A stretch of DNA of 64,000 nucleotides from Eledone cirrhosa. Taxonomy: Eukaryota. The notes under the pieces are model-generated. The model saw only the letters and a program-made list of their open reading frames with translations. It made no database searches and was not told the DNA's origin. The DNA lies in NCBI GenBank assembly GCA_964016885.1, contig OZ024741.1, positions 218,116,001 through 218,180,000 of the forward strand, written 5' to 3'. Shown here piece by piece: positions 25,715-38,656 of this stretch (position 1 is its first letter; every line of letters starts with the position of its first letter). The position numbers were made by a program, and so were the translations under genes.

Positions 25715-26300
25715 TGTTGGTGGTGGTGGTGGTGGTGGTGGTGGTGGTGGTGGTGGTGGTGGTGGTGTTAGTGGTGGTGGTGGTGGTGGTGGTGGTGTTA
25801 GTGGTGGTGGTGGTGGTGGTGGTGGTGGTGGTGGTGGTGTTAGTGGTGGTGGTGGTGGTGGTGGCGGTGGTGGGGATGGTGGTGATGGTGGTAGTGTTAG
25901 TGGTGGTGGTGGTGGTGGTGGTGGTAGTGGTGGTAGTGGGGGTGATGGTGGTAGTGATGGTTGTGGTGACAGTGATGGCTCTGGTGGTGATGTTGATTAT
26001 GGTGTTGGTGGTAATGTTGATGGTGGTGATAATGGTGAAGGTGGCGATGGTGATGATGGTGTTGGTGGTGTTGATGATGGTTGTGGTGGTGGTGGTGGTG
26101 ATGGTTGGTGGTTGATGGTGGTGGAGGCGGTATAAATGGTGGTAGTATTATTTGTGTTGGTGGTGTTGGTGTTGGTGGTGTTGTGATGGTGATGGTGTTG
26201 GTGATGGTTGTGGTGGTGATGGTGGTGATTGTGGCGTTGATGATGGTGGGATGTTATTGGTGGTGATGTTGATAATGGTGATTGTGGTGGTGGTGCTGGT
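25715..26300. repeat. (GGT)n-rich low-complexity tract
   Basis: Direct reading. Confidence 0.9.
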
Positions 26301-26383
26301 TAATGTTTAACTTCAATGACCACCAAACCAAGGTACAGGTTTACTAATCCGTTGGATTGTAAGTACAGAGATGTGAGAGGGTG

Positions 26384-26542
<159 letters not shown>

Positions 26543-26543
26543 A

Positions 26544-26833
26544 TTATGTAATAAACAATATAAGACAATTATTACAATTACCAAAGGTTTCACGAAGACA
26601 GACGAGCTCAACAGAGACGTCTGAAATCGCTCATCAGAATGAAAATTTAATATGGACGTATTAAATTTTCATTCTGATGAGCGATTTCAGACGTGTCTGT
26701 TGAGCTCGTCTGTCTTCGTGAAACCTTTGGTAATTGTAATAATTATCTTATGTTGTTTATTACATAAGTAAATAGCTCTGTAGTTTATATCGAGCACTTT
26801 CCATTCCTTTACCCTTCCTACAGAAAAACTTCA
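26544..26833 (+). mobile_element. Fold-back PLE terminal remnant (family C): ~109-bp inverted arms plus extension, with hammerhead core
   Basis: Arms 26544-26652 / 26659-26767; CTGATGA(26674)-gcga...tcgt-GAAA-cc ttt gg-TA; stem I weak. Confidence 0.8.
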
Positions 26834-29377
26834 TATATATATGTATATATATACCTTCCATATACTGTGCCGATTGTGTTGTTATTTCTGTTTACCTTTT
26901 ACATACATATATATATGAAAGCAAACCTAGGTCATTTTCCCAGATTGTTAAAAATAATGCTAACAAGAAATGGAAAAATAATATACATAATATCAAAAAT
27001 AGGACAAAAAACATAACGAATCTAAGTATAATATCACGACCAAAAGTTCAAGCAAACACCAACAGGAATATAAATCCTGAACAGAGAAAAATCCATTTTT
27101 TAACGTCAGGACAACAAAAACCGGAAAAAGAAAAACTCCAGGAGGAAACATACCCAAAACAACTGAACACGTAGATCCTAAAATAATTAATTTATCCAAA
27201 AGAGATCTTGACAATAATGAAATGCAAATTCGGTCAAAAGGGCTGAAATTCACACCGACTCCAACAGTCAACCACCAAGAACTCAAGAATTTTGTCGAAA
27301 ATTACGACTTGTAGAATTCTTCGCTGATAAAAGTAATGAGAGTGATGAATCGCTAGTAAAGAATAAATCAAATTTCACTCCGCCAAAAGGAAGAAATATC
27401 TATCTTGACCAATACATTGACAACCTGTCTAAATTTCATCATAGACGTAATACTAATGTTAGGCCAAACATTAACAAATCGGAAATGTCTGCACTTAAAC
27501 GTATACAAAATGATAAAACAATAATAATTAAACAAGCAGATAACGGGTTGCAATTGTTATAATGGATGCTGAATACTACAAAGATTTGGTTGAGGAACAA
27601 CTGAAAGACACAACATTCTATCATGAAATACCGTCAAATAAAGACCACAACACCATGAAGAAGATCAACAACGTGGCTTCAAAATGCTACAACTCACTTA
27701 CTGAAAAGGAAAGAGACTACATCACCAATGTTGAGCCCAAACCCAGGACCTGTATGGCCTACCGAAAGTTCATAAGTCAAAAGAAATACAACTGGCAGTA
27801 AGAGAACAAAACAGTGAATACATTAAATTATTACACCCAAAAGACTTAAAACTTAGACCTATTATAGCTGGTCCAACATGCCCTACCCACCGCCTAAGCA
27901 ATTTTGTTGACATTATTTTGAAACCACTATGTATTCACATACCCAGTTTCATCCGGGATGATATCGACTTCCTGTCCCATCTTCCCAAAACCACGGAAAC
28001 GAATTCACTTCTACTTAGTTTTGATGTGGTAAGCCTTTACACCAACATTACACATGATTTAGGAATAAAGGCGGTTAAATACTGGGTGGAAAAACATAGA
28101 GAAGTAATTCCCACCAGATTCACAGCGCCATTTATATTAGACGCAGTCAAACCTATTCTGGAAAACAACACCTTCTTCTTCAATGGAAAAAATTACATCC
28201 AAATTAAAGGCATAGCGAAGCGATGGGAACGAAGTTTGCTCCCGTTTACGCGAACTCTCTCATGGGATACTTAGAACAACAACTCTACCAAGAAATAGAG
28301 GAAAAATATAGCATTGACTTTAGAAGAAAGTACATTGAAAAGTCTTGGAAGAGATACCTTGACGACTGTTTCATCATCTGGACAGAATCCCTAGATACTC
28401 TGGATGAGTTCAATATCCTCTTGAATAACCTGCACCCATCTCTCCAATTTACAAAAGAGATGAGCAGTACCAAATTACCATTCCTAGATATAATGGTAAA
28501 AACGACACCACCATTACCACGGATATATATTATAAACACACAGACACCCATCAATATCTGAATTTTATTTCGTGCCATCCACCTCATACAAAACGCAACA
28601 TCCCATACTGCCTAGCCAGAAGAATTGGTACCATTGTAGAAGATACGAATATCAGGAACAAACGCCTAACAGAACTGAGAGAATTTTTGCTCAAACAAAA
28701 ATACCCATCTCTACTTATAGAGAATGGCATACAGCGGGCTATAAAAATACCTATACAACAACTTAAGACAACCTAAAGAAGAAGAAACCAAGAACTGGTC
28801 ATACCATTTATAATGACACACAACCCATGTCACCAGAATATCTTCAACACTGCCAAAGCAAACCTACCGATCATTGCTCAAAGTAATGAATTAAAAGGTT
28901 TAATCACAGACCGATCTTTGACTCTTAGTAAAAGACAGCCGAAAAATTTGAAGCAATTATTAACAAAGGCAAAGTTTGACCTTAACAACAAAGACCAATC
29001 ATTCACTGTATCTAAATGCAATGATAGTCGATGTGACACATATCAATCCATACACACTGGTCAATATATGAACACAAAAACTAGAAAAATATTCCCAAAT
29101 GCAAATATGAACTGCAAAAGCAGAAATCTAATTTACTGCATTAAATGCCCGAATTGTGAAGAACTATATGTCGGTCAAACTGGAAATGCACTATCGGAAC
29201 GTGCACGGGTGCACCGACAGCAAACCAGAGACCCAAATGTCCATTAGATACCCCTGAGTAACCATCTAGCAACATGTGGTCAGAAAATATTTATAATATT
29301 TCCATTCTATAAATTACACAGCCTAAGTGAAATCAAGAGAAAAATTAAAGAAAAGAACCCGAGCTAAATGAACAATA

Positions 29378-29560
29378 ATTGTTTCTACTTTAGGCACAAG
29401 GCCAGCAATTACCCAGTTCATTACTGGTACTTTATTTTATCGACCCCGTAAGGATGAAAGGCAAAGTTAACCTCGGCGGGATTTGAACTCAGATCGTAAA
29501 GGGACGTAACTATGCTGGAAAGCATGGCGTCCGACCCTCTACCAATACTGCCAATCCACC
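29378..29560 (-). mobile_element. tRNA-derived Nin/Deu-like SINE nested in the Neptune element
   Basis: Near-identical to 5689-5869. Confidence 0.88.
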
Positions 29561-29977
29561 GAATGCTTAGGTGTATTACTCCTACTATGACTACGCCTAC
29601 GACCATGTCGACTACCACCACTAACAACAACAACAACAATAATAATAATAAACAACAACAATAATAAAAATAAAAGTGATGTTGATGATTACTGAAGACT
29701 TTTTATAAAAACCATAGAAAATGCTATTTTCATCATTTCTAAAAATAGCAAAACAATTGATGTTTTGGATAGGGTCAAATAGAAGTCGTTAGACATGCTC
29801 AACCAACCGTGACGCCTAAACCAATCAGCTTTAGTAATCCAGTGAAACTACACACCGATTGGTCGAAATACAGTTTGAAAAACTTAGCATTCTGTAGCCG
29901 CTTTTCACTGTATATAAGGCCAATTTACCGATCTCATTACAGTTGAAAATTGCAAACTTGACTGTCACCACAGAATA

Positions 29978-30016
29978 TGAACCTGAAGATTGCGAAAGCA
30001 TGAAAGTACTTGTTCA
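29978..30016 (+). ncRNA. Minimal type-I hammerhead ribozyme
   Basis: tgaac-CTGAAGA-t tgc gaaa gca t-GAAA-gtac-TT-gttca. Confidence 0.75.
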
Positions 30017-30206
30017 ATTAACACTTAACATTTAATATTCTACCATACTATTTCATTATAATATCATTAGAATGTTAAAGGATTGTAAATAAAACGAGTA
30101 AATCAAAGTTTGAATTCCTTTTATTAATATATATATATACATATATATGTATATATATGTGTGTGTATGTGTATGTGTGCGTGAGTGTGTGTGTGCTTGT
30201 GTGTGA

Positions 30207-30452
30207 GTCCTGGGTTCAATCAGGGGTAACCACAGTAAGTAAGGTACTCAATACATTAGTAGAATTTTTTCAAAGAATCCATGTTCTTTAAAATCCCTTG
30301 GTCAATGATCCTCCCATCTTAAAAATCATCACCTTCCACAAGCACTAAAAAAACATATATATACCACCATACTACAATGACAACTGGCTTTCCTGATGAT
30401 TTCCTTCGAATGAAACAGTTCTAGTCCTCTAGAAACAATTTGTATATTAAAT
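30207..30452. mobile_element. PLE terminal remnant (family B): inverted extension plus hammerhead at 30389-30435
   Basis: Left part is the reverse complement of 35245-35297; right part tttc-CTGATGA-t ttc cttc gaa t-GAAA-cag..ctc-TA-gaaa. Confidence 0.75.
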
Positions 30453-30458
30453 TATATA

Positions 30459-30593
<135 letters not shown>

Positions 30594-30904
30594 CATTTAT
30601 TTAGGGAAGTGTAAACTAGACCGACAAGGATAAGTTAGTCTAACTCGTATAATCGTCTCTCTGTCGTGGTTTCTAGAACAAAGAAACAATATCGATTATT
30701 CAAATTATTGGAACAACCAATATTTGAAGAACTCGTTGAGTTAGATTAACTTATTTTAGTCGGTTTCACTTAGACTCCTCTAAATTGAGATTTTGCCATA
30801 CGTTTAATATGTTAAACCACTTCTTTGAGACGTCTAAATGCTAGAGACACATAACTTCATAATATATCTATAACTGTTTCTATATCTAAATATATATATA
30901 TATA

Positions 30905-33900
30905 TTGAGTATACGTTGGTTGTTTACCGACACCTCAGTATGCAGATTGGAGCTCCCGACGAAGTACGCAGGTTGGTTTGGTTACAAAACTTAAAGAGAC
31001 AACTGGAATACTTGTCCATGCCGATAAAACCAACAACCTCTACAACATGGACATTGAACTGTATAATAAGCTAATTCTCAGTGAACTGAGGAAATGCTAC
31101 AAAAAAACACCTGGAGTTACCCTGGATGAGATCAACGCCACAGCTTACAGGATTATATCCGGACTCGGCATAGAGGATAGGACGGCCCAATACCAACCAA
31201 GGGAGCCGCGGATTACCCTTAAGGACCACAAGTCAAACTTTGAGTCCGACCTCCCGGTTAGACTAATAGCCCCCTCCAGATCAGACCTAGGGATTGTCAA
31301 TAAAAACATACTATATAGGATTTTGCCCAAGCTTCGAAAAAAAACTAGATTACAGCAATGGTCATGCACGGGAGAGGTAATAGAATAGTTTAAGATACTA
31401 CCTGAGAAAAGTAGGACCAGCTTTATCCAACTGGAAATTGCAGGCTACTACTCCACAATCTCTCCCATAGTACTCAATAAGGCCCTTATTTTAGCGATGT
31501 CCAATACGGACCTAACACGCGAGGAGGTGGGCATCATCCACGCCGCCCGAAAGACCCTGATCCGTTTCGGTGGAGACCTTTGGACCAGAAGTGATTGGCC
31601 AAATAACTTTGACATCACGATGGGCTCCAGCGACTCCGCACAGGTAACGGACCTGGTCGGGCTATTCCTGTTGAAGCATATAAAAGATGAAATCCCCTGC
31701 CTGGGCGGTGGATTGTATCGTGACGATGCACTCTTCACAGTCTATGACCACAGCACCACTATGGTGGAGAGAATGAAGAGGTGTATTCGGCATTTCTTTA
31801 AGAACCATGGGCTCAATATCGAACTAGACCCAAATAGAAAGGTAGTTAACTTCCTAGACACCACCCTAAACCTGAACACCGAGCAATACTACCCCTATCA
31901 CAAGCCCAACAATAATCTGGTATATGTTAACGCCAAGTCAAACCACCCTAGATCCATAATTAAGGCCGTAGTGAAGAGTGTCTCGGACAGGATCTCCAGC
32001 CTGTCCGCAAATAAGGAGATCTTCGATAGCAACGAGGAATATTACAATGCAGCTCTAAATAAGGCGGCGCATGGCCAAAATATATCATATAATCCCAGGC
32101 GCCATGACGGGGATAGCCCAACGGATACCCGGACCCACGGGATCTGGGAGGGGGGGGGGGGAACCCTAACAATACAAGCAGAGTGAAAACAACTAAACAC
32201 CATGAAGCCGACACCACCACATTGGCGAGGGGCACGCGCACGCATAACCATGGGAGGAAACCCTGTACGAGTAGCGGTCTCAGGGGTGATATCAACCACT
32301 CCGGGCTCGACGCCCCCAACCGCAAGACACGAAGCGGGACCGATGGCAGACCATCCCATAACAGAACTCCCAGCGTGGATAATAACCAACCCAGAGATAC
32401 GGGCCGGGAAGTTAGCAGAACACATAGCGCCAAAAGGGGAAGCAGCAATGCGGGAACCACTGGCAACCCAACAACTCCCCAACAGCCCACGACACGCTCA
32501 ACCCACCCATATAAGAATAGACACAGAAGAATCACGTGGTACAACCCACCATACTCAGCGGCCCTAAAGAACAGCATGGCGAACTCATTCTTTAGAGCAC
32601 TAGATAAATGCTTCCCGAAGGATAATAGATACCGCAAGATCTTTAACAGACACACTGTAAAGCTCTCATATTCTACCACGCGAAATGTGGCCCAGCACAT
32701 CAATAGGGGTAGACTTAAAAACCACACACAACCGAAAGCTGGCAATATAGGCACCCGGCAGAACCATGTGGAGGGAAAGAAGAGTGGACCCAGTAACCCA
32801 AACAGACCCAGGGACCCCCCCCCCCACCGGGCCCGGGGGAGGACCACCATATAATACGCAACGGGAACCCCACATTAGGCACGCGGAGGTCGACCACCTC
32901 CTGCAACTGCAGAAACCCAGCAGTATGCCCCCCTAGTAATGAATGCCTAAGGAAGAACTTAATATACGGATGTAGAGTAAAAACCCCCAACTCTGAACAC
33001 CTTTACATAGGAGCCACATCAACGAGCTTTAAGGAACGATGGTATAACCATCGCCATTCCTTTAATAGGGAGGACAAAATGAAAAGTACGGCTCTTTCCG
33101 AACTGATCTGGAAGCTCAAGCTGGACAGGACCCCGTACTCTCTGGTCTGGTCCAACATCAGGAAAGTACCACCTGATAAAGGGGATCTGGCATCTGCAAA
33201 CTATGTCTGAGCGAGACCTTCGAGATACTCAGCGGTGGAAGCAGCCTGATAAACCTCAGGAGTGACTTCTTCGGGACATGTAGATACCTCAGGGCCGGAA
33301 CCTTCCTCAAGCTATATGGACAATAACAACACAGTGGGAGGGGAACTTCCCTCAAGCTATAGGGACTTCTCCGGGACATGTAGACACCCCAGGCCCGGAC
33401 CTTCCTCAAGCTATATGGACAATAACAACACTTTGGGATGGGAACTTCCCTCAAGCTATAGGGACTTCCCCGGGACATGTAGACACCTCAGGGCCGGGAC
33501 ATTCCTCTAGCTATATGGGCAACAACAACGCATTGGGAAGGAAACTTCCCTCAAGCTATAGGGACAGTAGCCTCGCCACACCGAGCCCACGGTAAACCAC
33601 CCACTACACTTTCACCACCCCTACCCCTGCCTCGATCGACTCCTATGGCAGCACAAACTTGTGCATATGTCCATACATAGATCCTGTTATTTAAGATTGT
33701 ACATGCACTGATACTTACATATGTGTGTGTGTGTGTATGTGTGTATGTGTGTATGTGTGTGTGTGTGTTTGTATAATCTGTGTGTGTGTGGGTGTGTGTG
33801 ATTATGGGATGCACCTGGGCCCGTGTTTGTGCGTGTGGGCTTGCAACAATGTGGGTTGACATACACGCATATGTACTCTATGCCGAGTTAAAAACTGTGG

Positions 33901-34780
33901 TCCTCTGCATTTCCGGATTTTGACACTCAGGTTATGGGGTTTCACACTCCACTCTTGCCTCATTTGCTCTTAAAACGCACCACCCCATGATAGTGTAATA
34001 CTTTGCATTTCCCAATTCTGACACATAGCCTTTTTACTTCAGTCAATATTTTACAAATCTTTCAAACTTTAATATTGGCTATAGCACACACGCACTTTAT
34101 TCTTCTTGGATATTTGATATTGGCTATAACAAACATGCATTTTATTCTATTTTATTTTTTCTTTTTTTCTTGCTTCTTCATTTTATTGTATCTTATCTTA
34201 TTATTTTATTATTTTTTTATTTTATTTTATTTTATTTTTTTATATTTTATTACTTCATTTTACTTTATCTTATTTCATTATCTGTTTCCCCCCCCCCCCA
34301 CCACGTGAAAGGGTGGTAGGATTGATGCCAACCCACACACACTCATTCTTCCAAAGACAGCAGCAGTAGAGCTAAGGCTGACCTGCCAGCTAACCCCCTA
34401 ACACCAATAAACACAAGGGAGGAGGTCAGCTGTACTTAACAAAAACAACCACAACAGATTGTCTTGCCTCAGAAAAAAATTTCTATAGACTTTTGACTGA
34501 GGAATGTTCTCACAACTGACCAATGGGAGGAGAGAGTGTCCTATGATGCCGAAATTCGTTTGTTCGAATTCATATGATTCCAGTTCCTCAGAGAAATAAC
34601 AACCCAACCAGGAGCTGGACATATCGGTGTATTGACGGAGTAAAACACTTTAACAACATGTGTACCTGTCTCTACCACACCAATTCGGACTGCCTGAAGA
34701 GGTCACAGCCAATGATGGCTGTCACCAACACATATAAACGAAGCCAAATTTTAAATATTTGACTTAATTACTTTATTTTA
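30905..34780 (+). mobile_element. Hydra-type Penelope-like element (RT, CxC linker, GIY-YIG), pseudogenised, in (TA)n
   Basis: ADKTNNLY; ITLKDHK; FDITMGS.DSAQVTDLVG; GLYRDD; NFLD; SNHP; WYNPPYS; CNCRNPAVCP; YIGATSTSFKERWYNH; CKLCLSE. Confidence 0.9.
33265..33563. repeat. ~100-bp tandem triplication of the PLE ORF terminus
   Basis: gggacatgtaga at 33273, 33373, 33472. Confidence 0.85.
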
Positions 34781-34790
34781 TATATATATA

Positions 34791-34998
34791 GCAAAAGAGT
34801 CAGAGCCCCAACGGCAGAGCTCAAGCCGTTTCGACAGCTATTTCCCGACAGAAATAGAGTCCAGAAATAGCTGTCGAAACGGCTTGAACTCTGCCGAAAC
34901 GCTTCTCACTCTTTTCCTATTACCCACTCTACTACTCAAAGTATCGAGTACTCTGGTGCGTTATGGTCCACCTGGTTCCTTACGACACTTCCTTCGTT
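34791..34998 (+). mobile_element. Fold-back PLE terminal remnant (family A)
   Basis: cggcagagctcaagccgtttcgacagctatttc / gaaatagctgtcgaaacggcttgaactctgccg plus extension; flanked by (TA)n. Confidence 0.8.
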
Positions 34999-35008
34999 AT
35001 ATATATAT

Positions 35009-35400
<392 letters not shown>

Positions 35401-35795
35401 TTTGAAAGGAAGTTGGCCCTGAAATAGGAATACAAATGAAATAAAACAAGTTTCGCGTAAATCCGAGCACGGGTTCTCGAGATATGGGTTTTTTCCAGGT
35501 ACCTTCATAAATAGCCAACAACTCCGTGATAACCCTCTCTCTCTATATATATATTACTAGACTACCAGTGACCCAACAGTGGTCTACTATATATATATAT
35601 ACTTACACACACACACACACACACACATATATGTATGTGTGTATGTATGTATATAAAGTCGATGTTTAGAACCGGCGAGCGAGTTAAGCACTTTCAATTT
35701 AAAGTTAACTAACTAAACTCTTACGGGATTTCTCTCCCCAATTATTTTAAATTTCTTCCTCTTCTCACTTTCTTCAATCTTTCATTTCTCATTCT

Positions 35796-35834
35796 ATCTT
35801 CTGATGAAGGAGTAACGCCCGAAATGTTAAGGAT
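35796..35834 (+). ncRNA. Minimal hammerhead in a PLE 3' remnant (about 35655-35922)
   Basis: atctt-CTGATGA-agg..ccc-GAAA-tgt-TA-aggat. Confidence 0.65.
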
Positions 35835-35922
35835 TTTTTCCTACTAAATCAAACTAGTATATATCCTCATTGTATTGTATTGTTACCCTATGTTGTCTAA
35901 CCGTTTACTTTTTTGCATATTA

Positions 35923-36007
<85 letters not shown>

Positions 36008-36010
<3 letters not shown>

Positions 36011-36192
36011 TTTATCCCGGGTTCAATCGGGGGTAGCCACAGTAAGTAACATACTCAATACAAAGCAGAGTATAAATATTTAATGTAGAAAGGCTTCTAC
36101 AGGACTAGAACTGTTTCATCCCGGAGAAATCATCAGGACTGATGATTTCTCCGGAATGAAACAGTTCTAGTCCTGTAGAAGCCTTTCTACAT

Positions 36193-36194
<2 letters not shown>
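36008..36194 (-). mobile_element. Fold-back PLE terminal remnant (family B), 56-bp arms
   Basis: Arms 36081-36136 / 36139-36194; extension on the left; hammerhead core lacks the 5' strand of stem I. Confidence 0.85.
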
Positions 36195-36226
<32 letters not shown>

Positions 36227-36653
36227 ACTGAATTCATTCGCCTGATATAGGGGTTGCCTCCCTTGCCGATCCCCACGTGGGGTCAGCAATAGTCAGTCCT
36301 TGTATTAACATTGAACTAAAACCTGTTGAGAAAGTGGCTTCCTTGTTCAATCATCTTACCAGAAGCCTGACATTATTTATGTAGGCGGACGGTACTTGAT
36401 TTAGGAGCCGCAGAAACCCATATACTGGATTTTACCAACCTTCCAGGGGTCGGGGTAAATTTTCAATACCTGAATTACTTGATCGTCTTTTTGGGCTATA
36501 CGAATGATTGTTTAACCATCGTCTCAGTGTGTTTGGCCTTTAACGTTTGTTATAGCTCTGGTTTATCTGAATCATTGAGCACTTGCCGCACATCTCGGAG
36601 GTTGTTTTTCGTTATTTCGTCGGCCGAAATGCGAATCTCGATAATTTATGTTT

Positions 36654-36690
<37 letters not shown>

Positions 36691-37562
36691 TGTGTGTGTA
36701 TAGTATACACATTTATACTCATACATGTATATCGCACTCGTTTGCTTGCAACACGTTTTTTGTCAATGAAAGTCGCACGTAAGCAAAGCAACAAAGCGCA
36801 ACTCGACGACAGCAGCGGCGACGTTAACTGCACACGACAGGTAATAACTGAGTTATGGTGTCTATATGTGTGCCTCTTTGCGTGCATCTGTGTGTGAGCC
36901 TCTGTGTGTGAGCCTCTGTGTGTGTGTGTGTGTGTGTGTCTGTCTGTCGCTCTCTGTGAGGGGCCGTGTGTGTGTGTGTGTGTCGCTCTGTATGAGCGCC
37001 TCTGTGTGTGTGTGTGCGTGCGTCTGTCTGTCTGTTGCTCTGTATGTGTACCTGTGTATGTGTGTGTGTGTGTGCGTTCGTCTGTGTACATGTGCTTATG
37101 TGCGTTAGAGTGTATGTGTTTCTCTCTGCATATGTTTTATTTTGGTGTTTATGAGTGTGTGTGTGTGTCTGTCGCACTGTATATGTGCCTTTGTATTTTG
37201 TGTGTGTGTGTGTCTGTCACTCTGTATGTGTGCCTGTGTGTGTGCGTGTCTGTCACTTTGTATGTGTGCCTGTGTGTGTGTGTGTGTGTGTGTCTGTCTG
37301 TTACTCTGTATGCATGAGTGTGTGTGTGTGTTTGTCTCTGTGCATATGCTTATGTGCGTTAGAATGTGTGTTTCTCTCTCTCTGTGTTTGTGTGTGTGTG
37401 TGTGTGTGTGTCTGTCTACGTGTCTCTCTGTGTGTCTGTGTGTTTGCCAGTGTGTTTATCTTTGTGTGCCTGTGTGTGTACTGATGACGTCAGCACATCA
37501 CCCTTGGTGAAGAGGAAGACAAAGAGAAGGTACGTGTAGCAGAAGACGAAGAAAATAAAGGG

Positions 37563-37638
37563 GAAAGAAGAAGAAGAAGAAGAAGAAGAAGAAGAAGAAG
37601 AAGAAGAAGAAGAAGAAGAAGAAGAAGAAGAAGAAGAA
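37563..37638. repeat. (GAA)n microsatellite
   Basis: Direct reading. Confidence 0.95.
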
Positions 37639-38368
37639 AATAGTGTGTTGGATTTTGACGTCAATGGAAAAAGTAATGACATCACGAGAGAAGATTGCTG
37701 TTTAAGTTAAAGGACGGGAATCATCAGGTTGATGATGATGGTGGTGGTGGTAGTGGTGGTGGTGGTGGTGATGTTGATGGTGGTGGTGGTGATGGTGGTG
37801 GTGGAGGTGATGCTGGTGGTGGTGGTGATGCTGGTGGTGGTGGTGGTGGTGGTGGTGATGATAGCGGTAATGATGTGATGCTGGTGTGAAGATGATGGTG
37901 GAGGTGGAGGTGGTGGTGATGGTGATGGTGGTGGTGGCGGTGGTGATGGTGGCGGTAATGATGTGATGCTGGTCTGATGATGATGATGGTGGTGGTGGTG
38001 GTGGTGGTGTTGGTGATGGTGGTGGTGATGATAGCGGTAATGATGTGATGCTGGTGTGAATATGATGGTGGTGGTGGCGGTGGTGGTGATGGTGATGGTG
38101 GTGGTGGCGGTGGTGATGGTGGCGGTAATGATGTGATGCTGGTGTGATGATGATGGTGATGGTGGTGGTGGTGGTGGTGATGGTGGTGGTGATGGTGATG
38201 GTAGTGGTGGTGGTGGTGATGGTGGTGGTGATGGTGATGGTGGTGGTGATGGTGGTGGTGGTGGTGGTGGTGGAGGTGATGGTGATCTTCAGGGTGATGA
38301 TGGTGTTGATGATGATGCTGTGGTGGTGATGATGATGTTTGTGATTATGAAGGTGATGATGATAGCGG

Positions 38369-38408
<40 letters not shown>

Positions 38409-38656
38409 GATGATGATGATGATGATCTTCATGTTGTTGTTATTGTTGTTGTTGATGTTGTTGTTGTTGTTGGTGGTGGTGGTTGTATTCGTACGGTGGT
38501 GAAGATGGTGCAGTGGTGGTGATGGTGGTGGTGGTGGTGGTGGCGGTGTTAGTGATTGTTGTGGTGATGGTGATGATGATGTTAGTGATGGTCATGTTGA
38601 TAGTGGTGATGGTGTTATGGTGGTTTGATGATGATGATGATGATGATGCTGATGAT

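Larger units (their letters stand above)
26916..30125 (+). mobile_element. Neptune-type Penelope-like element, near full length, pseudogenised
   Basis: IINLS..KGLKFTPTP; IKQADNG; LRPIIAGP; SFDVVSLYTNI; MGTKFAPVYAN; RYLDD; PFLD; SCHP; NLIYCIKCPNCEELYVGQTG GIY-YIG; frameshifts. Confidence 0.9.
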
